A DNA stretch of 20,193 nucleotides from Candidatus Hydrogenedentota bacterium (GTDB lineage: Bacteria > Hydrogenedentota > Hydrogenedentia > Hydrogenedentales > GCA-2746185): contig JAYGCN010000287.1 of the NCBI GenBank assembly GCA_046583315.1, positions 1-20,193 of the forward strand, given 5' to 3'. Below the pieces are notes generated by a model, which was given only the letters and a program-made list of their open reading frames with translations, ran no database searches and was not told where the DNA came from. Below, piece after piece: positions 8,992 through 16,908 of the stretch; position 1 is the stretch's first letter, and each line of letters opens with the position of its first letter. A program made the position numbers and the translations under genes.

Positions 8992-11900
8992 ATGTACACA
9001 GCATTAAACGAAGACCAATTCCAAAAAGCGATTAAATTGAGCGATGGCGGGGATTTCGAAGGCTCAATGAAGCTCCTGGACGGTCTGGACGAATTGTTCC
9101 CATCAAGCGCACGCCTGGCCTATACCCGCGCTACCAATTTGAACGGAATGGGCAAAACAGAAAACGCCATCGACCAATGCACCCTGGCCTTAGAACGAAT
9201 CGCCTCGGTTCGCGAACGAAGCCCTTTGGTCTCAGACTTCATGGATGCCGACCAGATGGATGCCCTGGATGTTCTGTTCAAGGACGAAGATGCCGCAGTC
9301 CAAACCCTGCTACGCACCATCGAACAAGGCGGCGATGATACCAACATTCCGGCGACTCCCCCCGACCTGGGCGATACGCCTGGGGCCATTTCCGGCATTA
9401 CGCACATCCCCGGCGCCAATGAACCCATGGTCATTGCGGACATGAATACGCAACTTTCCGAGTTGACGCAATCGCCCGCCCCCTCGGCAGCACCTTCGCA
9501 AGCAGAGGCGGCCGAAATAGCGGGACTCAACCGGAAACTCAAGAACCAGGAAGCGGCACTGCAAAACGCAAAAGCTGAGCTCTCTGAACGCGAATCCGTC
9601 ATCTCCGATTTAGAGGGCGATGTCACCAACCTTCAACAAAAAAGTACGAGCACGTCTGCAGAACTCGAAACGCTACGAACCACCGACAATGCCGTGACCA
9701 ATGAGCTGGACGAAGCACACCAGGCCATGGATGAATTAAAGCGCTCCCTCGCCGAACGCGATCGGATCATCCGGGATGCCGAAGAAGCCAGTGCAGCACG
9801 CGAAGCGGCCATGGAGTCCGAGCTCGACCGCGCACGACGCGAAGCCCAAGAGACACAAGCATCCAAAGACAGACTGGCCGGTGATCTGGAGACCGTGCGA
9901 GCCGACGAACTTCAGAAAGTCGATGAACTCAATCAGGCCCGCGACGAAATGGCCCGACTGAACGATGAATTGAGCGATCGTGAAAGGCTCATCACCGCCT
10001 CCGAACAGTCCGATGCCCAGCGACAGACCGAAATCGACAGCCTGCAAGCCAAACTGGCCAACGTGGAAGAAGAAGCCAGAACCTCCTCCGAATCCGAGAG
10101 AAAACTCGCCGAAGCCCTGGACTCCATGCACTCTGAGGAAAAGAATAAAGCCTCGGCATTGGATAGCGCGCGCGACGAATTATCGGACTTGCACAAGGCA
10201 CTCGACGACCGGGAAGACATCATACGTGCTTCAAAACAAAGCGAAGCCGATCGCGAAACAACCATCGCTGAACTGAATGAAAAACTCGCCGATGTCCAGT
10301 CGGAGGCAACCGAGTCCAGTGAAGCCCAGGCAAAATTAACCCATGAACTCGACCTCCTGCGCGCGCAGGAGGAACAGCGCAACCGGGAATTACTCGATGC
10401 CCGCTCCAAAATGGACTCCCTGCAAGATGACCTCCTGCAACGCGAACAGATCATCAAGGCCTCCGAACAAAGCGACGCCGACCGCGAAACAGCCATCGCC
10501 GAACTCAACGAAAAACTCCAATCGGTTCAAAAAGAAGCCGAAGAATCCACCGCCGCCCAAGCCCAAGCACAGACCGAACTCGAGACCTTGCGAGACGCCG
10601 AACGCGAACGGGTCGATCACCTGGATTCAGCACGCGACGAAGTAAAGGCACTCCAGCAATCCCTGCTGGAACACGAGCAGACGATTCGCGCCTCACAACA
10701 ATCCGAAGCCGAACGCGAATCCGCGATAGAATCTCTCAACGATCGACTTGCTCAAGCGCAATCGGATGCGGCTTCCTATGCCGAATCCGAAGAACGTGTG
10801 CAACGTGAACTCGAGGCATTGCGGATAGACGCAGAAGCAAAATCTGCCGAGCTTGAGGCGACACGCGACGAGGTCGGCACCCTTAAATCCGATTTGGGTG
10901 AAAAACAACAACAGATCCATGAAGCCGAACAAAGCAAACGCCAACGGGGCGATCAACTTTCCACCCTGCAAGCCCAGCTAGACGCAATGGCATCCGAAGC
11001 GCAGGAATCCTCCAACGAAGGCCTTCGACTCCAGGAAGAAATTGAACGACTCAACACCGCTCAACAGGACAGCGTAAAAGAACTCGATTCTGCTCGCTCT
11101 TCGATGCAGGATATGGAATCCTCGCTCACGTCTCGCGAACAGGCCATGACCGAAGCCGAAGCTGGCCGTATCGAACGCGAACGGGCCATTTCATCACTGA
11201 AATCAGACCTTGAGAATGTTCAATCGGACGCGGAGAACAAAGCCCACTCCGAAGAATCGTTGCGCGGCGAGCTCGACCGGGTTCGCGAAGCCAGTGCCGA
11301 TGCACTCAAGGCCGCTCAGGAAGAAAGCGAAATGCTCAAGCAGCAACTCGATGAGCGCGAAAAATCCATGCAGGTGGCCGAATCCAGTAGTACCGAACAT
11401 GTAGGCGCCATCGCAAAACTCGAAGCCGACCTCAATGCCATGGCCGAACAAGCCAACGAGAAATCCGCTTCCGAATCAGCATTGGCCAACGAACTCGAAA
11501 ACATGAAAGCCGCCAGCGAAGAAGCTCTTGCCAAGGCGCAATCCGAAAGCGAGGCCCTTCGCAACCAGCTCGAGCAACAGCGAGAAGCCATAGAACTCGC
11601 CGAAGCCAGCAGCACGGACAGCGAAGGTGCCGTGAGCGATCTGCGCAAACAACTGGAGGAACAACAGGCCGAGGCCCATTCCAAAGCAACATCCGAACAG
11701 GCCCTGGCGCGCGAACTGAGAAACATCAAATCCGCCAGTGAAGAGGCCATGCAACACGCACAGTCGGAGGTCACCGAACTCAAAACCCAGCTGCTCAAGC
11801 GTGAGCGCAAAGTCCAGGAAGCCGAACAGAACAACAGCGAGCACGAAAACGCCATCGCTGCCCTGCAACATGAACTGGCCGAAGTACAGCAGGACGCACA

Positions 11901-13251
11901 AGAAAAGTCGTCTTCCCAAAGTGAATTGGCCAACGAACTCGATCTCATAAAATCCGCCAGTGCAGAAGCCATGGAAAAAGCGCACGCGGAAAAAGAACGG
12001 TTGCAAGCTGAATTGGAAGAGAAATCGCTCTCGGTCAAAGAAGCGACCGAAAGCGCATCCGCGCAACAGCAGATCATGGGTGATCTCGAGGCGAAATTAA
12101 AAGTTCTGGAGCAGGTAGCCACCGAAAAGGCCGATTCCGAAGAGGCACTTGCGCAGCAACTGGAAGAAATACAGGCTCAGAAGGAAGTCGAAATTACTGC
12201 CGCACAACACGAACTGGAAAAAATCAAGAAAGAGCTCAGCGAAAAAGATGTGGGTGCCTCCGAATTAGCGGAACAATCACAAGAATTGGCCGAAATGGAG
12301 GCACACCTCGCCGAAATTCAGGAAAAACTGATTCAGGACGAGCAAGCCCTTCGTGCCCGGGCCGAAGAAACCCTCAAAGCACGACGAGAGGTGGCTCCTC
12401 CCATTCCCCGAAAGCCCGTCATCGCCATCCTTGTCTTGCTAGTACTACTTGCGGGCGGAATCTTCACGATGATGAGGAAAGGCCCCATTGCAGATACTCC
12501 GCCGCCGCCCACACCCGCAACCGTGGTCGCCCAGACATCGCCCGCGGAAACATCGCCTCCCACAGAAGGCACCACGGATGCCCCAGGAATCGACACAGAC
12601 CCCGCGTCGACAAACACTGTCGAGGCACCTCCAAAAACGACAACGGTGATCAGTAGCACACGCACACTCATGTTCCCCGAGGACACCTCTCTGGGAAAAT
12701 TGAGCGTACGTAAAATCGACGAAGACGGCACCGTTACGTGGGTCAAAAAAGGGAACGCGCGAGGCCAGGTGAGTTTTCCTGCAGAGGAAAAGATTCGACT
12801 TACCATCAACGGGCGCGCCGCCAAGGAGCTGGCATTACTCGAAACTTTCGGCGCTTCCGCTTTCTACTCTCTTGAACTATTCGGCGGATCCGTAGAAGAC
12901 GAGCGCATTCAGTCCATCAAAGGGCTCACCGGCCTTCGCGAACTACGCATCATGGCAACCGACGTATCCTTCGAAGGATTGAGCGTCTTGGAACTGTTTC
13001 CAGACCTTCAAGCCCTGTCGTTACGCGGTACACCCGTCGATAAATCCGTTATCTACAACATCGCCAAAATGACCAATCTCGAAGAATTGGATCTACGCGC
13101 GACAACCATCAGTGATTCGACCGCGGCGCATCTGGTTACCCTCACGCAGTTGAAGAGCCTGCAGCTCGACGAGAAGAGTGTGACCAACGTTGCCGTGCTC
13201 GTCCTGTCCAATGCCCTCCCGAATTGCGATATTTGGCCTGAGCTAGAATAA
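8992..13251 (+). CDS. Large single-pass membrane protein: TPR-like N-terminus, ~950-aa repetitive coiled coil, TM helix, Pro/Thr linker, C-terminal leucine-rich repeats
   Basis: N-terminal A..L...G.FE.S...L..L...FP.S....YTRA..L..MG..E.AI (TPR-like); E/A/Q/S/L-rich, Pro-free heptad region; VIAILVLLVLLAGGIFTMM TM (~12418-12474); LRRs LTGLRELRI, PDLQALSLRGT, MTNLEELDLRAT.ISD, LTQLKSLQL, capped by ALPNCDI. Confidence 0.85.
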   Translation: MYTALNEDQFQKAIKLSDGGDFEGSMKLLDGLDELFPSSARLAYTRATNLNGMGKTENAIDQCTLALERIASVRERSPLVSDFMDADQMDALDVLFKDEDAAVQTLLRTIEQGGDDTNIPATPPDLGDTPGAISGITHIPGANEPMVIADMNTQLSELTQSPAPSAAPSQAEAAEIAGLNRKLKNQEAALQNAKAELSERESVISDLEGDVTNLQQKSTSTSAELETLRTTDNAVTNELDEAHQAMDELKRSLAERDRIIRDAEEASAAREAAMESELDRARREAQETQASKDRLAGDLETVRADELQKVDELNQARDEMARLNDELSDRERLITASEQSDAQRQTEIDSLQAKLANVEEEARTSSESERKLAEALDSMHSEEKNKASALDSARDELSDLHKALDDREDIIRASKQSEADRETTIAELNEKLADVQSEATESSEAQAKLTHELDLLRAQEEQRNRELLDARSKMDSLQDDLLQREQIIKASEQSDADRETAIAELNEKLQSVQKEAEESTAAQAQAQTELETLRDAERERVDHLDSARDEVKALQQSLLEHEQTIRASQQSEAERESAIESLNDRLAQAQSDAASYAESEERVQRELEALRIDAEAKSAELEATRDEVGTLKSDLGEKQQQIHEAEQSKRQRGDQLSTLQAQLDAMASEAQESSNEGLRLQEEIERLNTAQQDSVKELDSARSSMQDMESSLTSREQAMTEAEAGRIERERAISSLKSDLENVQSDAENKAHSEESLRGELDRVREASADALKAAQEESEMLKQQLDEREKSMQVAESSSTEHVGAIAKLEADLNAMAEQANEKSASESALANELENMKAASEEALAKAQSESEALRNQLEQQREAIELAEASSTDSEGAVSDLRKQLEEQQAEAHSKATSEQALARELRNIKSASEEAMQHAQSEVTELKTQLLKRERKVQEAEQNNSEHENAIAALQHELAEVQQDAQEKSSSQSELANELDLIKSASAEAMEKAHAEKERLQAELEEKSLSVKEATESASAQQQIMGDLEAKLKVLEQVATEKADSEEALAQQLEEIQAQKEVEITAAQHELEKIKKELSEKDVGASELAEQSQELAEMEAHLAEIQEKLIQDEQALRARAEETLKARREVAPPIPRKPVIAILVLLVLLAGGIFTMMRKGPIADTPPPPTPATVVAQTSPAETSPPTEGTTDAPGIDTDPASTNTVEAPPKTTTVISSTRTLMFPEDTSLGKLSVRKIDEDGTVTWVKKGNARGQVSFPAEEKIRLTINGRAAKELALLETFGASAFYSLELFGGSVEDERIQSIKGLTGLRELRIMATDVSFEGLSVLELFPDLQALSLRGTPVDKSVIYNIAKMTNLEELDLRATTISDSTAAHLVTLTQLKSLQLDEKSVTNVAVLVLSNALPNCDIWPELE
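9750..12280 (+). repeat. Degenerate intragenic tandem repeats with 231-bp (77-aa) and 222-bp (74-aa) periods
   Basis: Equivalent positions at 10018, 10249, 10480, 10711, 10942, 11173 (231 apart), then 11395, 11617, 11839, 12061 (222 apart). Example: DRETTIAELNEKL vs DRETAIAELNEKL. Confidence 0.85.
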
Positions 13252-13269
13252 AACCGCAAGCGGATAATC

Positions 13270-14034
13270 GTGATGCCACAAAACTGGTCTTCAACAAACG
13301 ATTCGGCCTTTATTCCACCAGACTCCGGCTCCGTGCATCTCTACCGATTCGAGCTCGACGCATCTCCATCACTCGTCTCAAATCTCGAAACCCTGTTGGC
13401 CACCGAAGAGCATACACGCGCCCACCGATTCCTGCGTGACATACACCGCATTCGCTTCACACTGGCCCGCGGAGCGTTGCGCTGCCTGCTCGGTCGAATA
13501 CTCGACGCATCGCCCGATTCCATCGAATTCACCTACGGCGACCAAGGCAAACCCGCTCTCGACGCGAAGTTCGACGGCCACGATATCTCATTCAATGTCT
13601 CGCATTCAGATAATTTCGCCGTCATTGCAATCACACGAACACAGGCTATCGGCATCGACATAGAAATGTTTAAATACGAACGCGAATTGGAAAAACTCGC
13701 GAAACATTACTTTTCGCCCAACGAAGTCGATTCCCTCCTGTCATTACCAGAAATGAAACAAGAGGCGGGATTCTATCGTTGTTGGTCTTCCAAGGAAGCC
13801 TTGATGAAAGTATCCGGGTTGGGGCTTTCGCTCGGACTCAACACATTCGATGTAGAGGTCAACCCGGACAAACCACCTGCATTACTAAAGCCACCCCACA
13901 AAATTTCCCCATGCCCGCCCTATAGCTGGTCCGAATTCAGTATCGCGCCAAAGGTTTCCGGTATTTTCGCGATCGATGGGCCACTCACCAATGTCGAATA
14001 CATCAACCTCAACCTTGAATCAATGCTCGACTAG
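13270..14034 (+). CDS. Sfp/HetI-type 4'-phosphopantetheinyl transferase
   Basis: LATEEH.RA.RF, RG.LR.LLG, Y...GKP.L, FNVSHS, IGIDIE, FSPNE, FYRCWSSKEALMKVSG.GLS. Confidence 0.93.
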   Translation: MMPQNWSSTNDSAFIPPDSGSVHLYRFELDASPSLVSNLETLLATEEHTRAHRFLRDIHRIRFTLARGALRCLLGRILDASPDSIEFTYGDQGKPALDAKFDGHDISFNVSHSDNFAVIAITRTQAIGIDIEMFKYERELEKLAKHYFSPNEVDSLLSLPEMKQEAGFYRCWSSKEALMKVSGLGLSLGLNTFDVEVNPDKPPALLKPPHKISPCPPYSWSEFSIAPKVSGIFAIDGPLTNVEYINLNLESMLD

Positions 14035-14552
14035 CCGCCCAATCGCTTTTTCAGCTCATTCAGACGATCCAGCGTATCGGCATCCCAGCCATCCTCCAGT
14101 CGACTACCCTCAGATATTCTATTTTGCTGCAACGCCCGCTTCGTTTCAGAAGTCGATTCACCCACAGACACCCAGAAATTGCGCGGATGCATGACCAATG
14201 CCCCCATTCCCATACACAAATCCGTAATACCCCGATCCCCGGAAACCACAATCACCGATCCCTTCGTCTTCGCCCTATATACAGCACGTTCAATGATACT
14301 ATCCGCCGTTTTGTGCTTCGAACTGAAAATAACCTCTACCGGCCCGGTTTGTTCATGATGAGGAGACGCTTGCGTGTGTTTTCCCTGACCATCAAAGATA
14401 ATTTTGGCCGTCTCCCCCGAAGTGCTCGACCAGCGCAATACGTATTCAATGAGTTTTTCCCGAGCCAATTCGATGTCGTGGGACATCATGGCCTCAAGCT
14501 CAGGCAGCTCGTGAATCACGTTATACCCGTCAATATAGAAAATCTGGTTCAT
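14031..14552 (-). CDS. NYN-domain ribonuclease, YacP/Rae1 family
   Basis: IDGYNVIH, AREKLI, IIFDG, VIFS....TADSIIE, VVSGD motifs. Confidence 0.88.
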   Translation of the reverse strand: MNQIFYIDGYNVIHELPELEAMMSHDIELAREKLIEYVLRWSSTSGETAKIIFDGQGKHTQASPHHEQTGPVEVIFSSKHKTADSIIERAVYRAKTKGSVIVVSGDRGITDLCMGMGALVMHPRNFWVSVGESTSETKRALQQNRISEGSRLEDGWDADTLDRLNELKKRLGG

Positions 14553-15697
14553 CAGGCTTCTTCCAGTACCGGAATTGCTGGATGGTACTCCCTGGCCACC
14601 TGCGGCCCGATACCCGTCATGATTTCATAGCCGATCGTGCCCGCCCGATCCGCCAATTCTTCCGCGCGAATCCCCTGCTCCCCGTCCTCTCCAATCAACG
14701 TCACCGTGTCTCCCACCGCGACGCCACCCACATGCGTCACGTCGATCATAATCTGATTCATCGTGACCGTACCGCGCACAGGACACCGCTGCCCCCGTAC
14801 CAATACGTCCGCGCGATTCGACAACGCGCGCGGGTACCCATCTCCATAGCCCACAGGCACAACCGCGATGCGTTCCTGTTGAGTCGTCTTATACCTGCGC
14901 CCATAACTGATGCCCGCGTCGGCAGGAAGTTCACGCAACAACACAATACGCGAGGTCCACGAGGCAACGGGCTCAAAAGGCGAGTCGCCTGGAACCACAT
15001 TGTCCGGATAGATTCCATACGTGATGATTCCCGGCCGTACCACATCGAAATGGGAGTCGGGATGATTCAGGATCGCCGCGCTATTCGCCGCGTGCCCCAC
15101 CTCAAAAGGAATCCCGTCGCGGGCGAGTTGTTTCAACAACTGCTTAAACGATCTGATCTGATTCGCCGTGAACGATTCATCGCGCGCGTCAGCAACCGGG
15201 AAATGCGTAAACACCCCTTCCAAATCGATATTCGAAATACGGGTAATTTTCAACATCGATTTCGCCGACTCGTCCAAATGAAAACCCTGCCTGCCCATTC
15301 CGGTATCCACCTCACAATGGATCGCGACAATCTTCTTCGCTTTGTGCGCCAACTCACCAATCCGTTCCGCCGTGCCTAGATCCGACACGGTAAATCGAAG
15401 TCCCGTACGAATACCCGCCATCAACTCGTCATCCGAAGGCTGCACCAAACACAGTATCGGAATCATCGGAAACGCCTCGCGCAAAACAAGCCCCTCGCCA
15501 ACCGTGGCAACCGCGAGCATTGAAATGTTCGCTTGCAGCGCGCGACTCGCGATGGGGACCATGCCGTGGCCATACGCATCTGATTTCACCACAGGAACAA
15601 TCAGGCAGTCATTCTCAAGCATCTTCTGAATTACACGAAGATTGTGCGCGTAGGCATTTAGATCCACATGCAACGTCGATGTCGCGTGCGCGCTCAT
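14552..15697 (-). CDS. alr: Alanine racemase (fold-type III PLP enzyme), atypical active-site residues
   Basis: VVKSDAYGHG (PLP Lys38), DTGMGRQG, FTHF, HAANSAA, VRPGI..YG, ISYG (catalytic Tyr), GYGDGYPR, TIGYEI. Confidence 0.9.
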   Translation of the reverse strand: MSAHATSTLHVDLNAYAHNLRVIQKMLENDCLIVPVVKSDAYGHGMVPIASRALQANISMLAVATVGEGLVLREAFPMIPILCLVQPSDDELMAGIRTGLRFTVSDLGTAERIGELAHKAKKIVAIHCEVDTGMGRQGFHLDESAKSMLKITRISNIDLEGVFTHFPVADARDESFTANQIRSFKQLLKQLARDGIPFEVGHAANSAAILNHPDSHFDVVRPGIITYGIYPDNVVPGDSPFEPVASWTSRIVLLRELPADAGISYGRRYKTTQQERIAVVPVGYGDGYPRALSNRADVLVRGQRCPVRGTVTMNQIMIDVTHVGGVAVGDTVTLIGEDGEQGIRAEELADRAGTIGYEIMTGIGPQVAREYHPAIPVLEEA

Positions 15698-16290
15698 TGC
15701 TGGCTGCTCAGATTGAGCGATTTCCAGTTGGCCTGAGCAAATTGAATTCCCGTATACACAGTCAAAATAGCCACCAGGACAATGCCAATGTGGGAAGCTC
15801 CGGACACATAATAGATGTAGTTTTCAAGGTGTTCCGGCAACCAGCGCTCGATGCCCCACACACCGATCGCGAGGAAAAGAAAAACGTAGATGTATACCAT
15901 TTGAAGAACCATCTTCAGTTTTCCCCAATCGTTCGCAGCGATAGCCGTCCCTTGTGGAGCCACCATCGAACGCGCGCCCGTCACCAGAAATTCGCGCGCA
16001 AGAATCGCAACAATAGCCCAAGCCGGAACCGTGAGCGAAGGAACCTGCATCGCCATCACGAACGCGGCCGACATCAACACCTTGTCTGCGAGCGGATCCA
16101 TCAGCTTGCCAAAGTTCGTGACGAGATTTCGTTCGCGTGCAATTTTTCCGTCGAAGTAATCCGTGATCGACGCGGCCGTAAAAACAACATACGCCGCGAT
16201 GTACGTGAAGGGGTTTTCAATCGACATCAGCACGACAAAAATCGGCACCATGATCAATCGTCCGACCGTCAATTTATTAGGCAAGTTCAT
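15694..16290 (-). CDS. pgsA: CDP-diacylglycerol--glycerol-3-phosphate 3-phosphatidyltransferase
   Basis: Start at ATG 16290 gives the canonical MNLPNKLT..R; TDYFDGKIAR...VTNFGKLMDPLADK; REFLVTG.R; GKLKM..QM. Confidence 0.95.
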   Translation of the reverse strand: MNLPNKLTVGRLIMVPIFVVLMSIENPFTYIAAYVVFTAASITDYFDGKIARERNLVTNFGKLMDPLADKVLMSAAFVMAMQVPSLTVPAWAIVAILAREFLVTGARSMVAPQGTAIAANDWGKLKMVLQMVYIYVFLFLAIGVWGIERWLPEHLENYIYYVSGASHIGIVLVAILTVYTGIQFAQANWKSLNLSSQQ

Positions 16291-16341
16291 GAGGTTGATT
16301 CTCTCTGCAAAGGCATCAGCCACGAAGACCATCTGAGATCC

Positions 16342-16350
16342 ATCATACCA
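16342..16350 (-). promoter_or_regulatory. Candidate extended -10 internal promoter for pgsA-alr-yacP
   Basis: TGGTATGAT (TGn-TATGAT) on the minus strand in the rodZ-pgsA gap. Confidence 0.35.
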
Positions 16351-16397
16351 AAACCGGCAGGGGGATGCATTGTCCGCAATGAACGAAACAGATCGGT

Positions 16398-16862
16398 TTA
16401 ACGCATCGGAAAGCGTGAGACTCGCGAATCAATCGAATCCGCCTGCACCTGATTCACGGCATCCGCAGGTTTGGGTTGAATCACGAGCGAATAAGTTGCC
16501 CAACCCAGCGCGATAATACCGATGATCGTCGCCCACATCATCGCCTCAGTCAGCCACACGGGACGCTCAGAGGATTCCGCACGAAGAGCCTTGTTGGCCT
16601 GGTCAATAAGGCCCTTGTTGCGTGCCTTGATAGGGAGCATATCAGCAATGTGGGACTCGGGATTACGCCCCAGAAACGAACAATAGGTCTTCGCGAAACC
16701 AATGGTGTACGTGTTCGCAACGACCTCGCCCAATTCGCCAGACTCTATCTGACGAATGAACTCCAAAGGAATGCGTAATTCGCGGAAAACATCTTCCGGA
16801 CTAAGACCACGTGCTTCCCGCTCAAATCTTAGATCTGTCCCTCGACACGATCGATCTTTCAT
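16398..16862 (-). CDS. Short RodZ-like protein (HTH_25-type helix-turn-helix plus one TM, almost no periplasmic part)
   Basis: G..LR..REARGLS.EDV..ELRI....I..IE.G......Y..GF.K.Y..FLG; TM WATIIGIIALGWATYSLVI; location between ftsK and pgsA; GAGGT RBS. Confidence 0.8.
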   Translation of the reverse strand: MKDRSCRGTDLRFEREARGLSPEDVFRELRIPLEFIRQIESGELGEVVANTYTIGFAKTYCSFLGRNPESHIADMLPIKARNKGLIDQANKALRAESSERPVWLTEAMMWATIIGIIALGWATYSLVIQPKPADAVNQVQADSIDSRVSRFPMR

Positions 16863-16908
16863 ACTACCTCACCACCTTTATGCAAGTGCGCATTTCGAAC
16901 AGCGTCGC

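Noticed and set aside
9750..12280. Repeats as a CRISPR array or DNA-level element
   Set aside because: The repeats are in frame, degenerate at synonymous sites and lack a constant-repeat/unique-spacer structure.
8992..13251. SMC, phage tape-measure protein or carrier-protein domain in the giant ORF
   Set aside because: No Walker A/B or hinge, no phage genes nearby, and the DSL/DAL strings lack the GxDS carrier-protein context.
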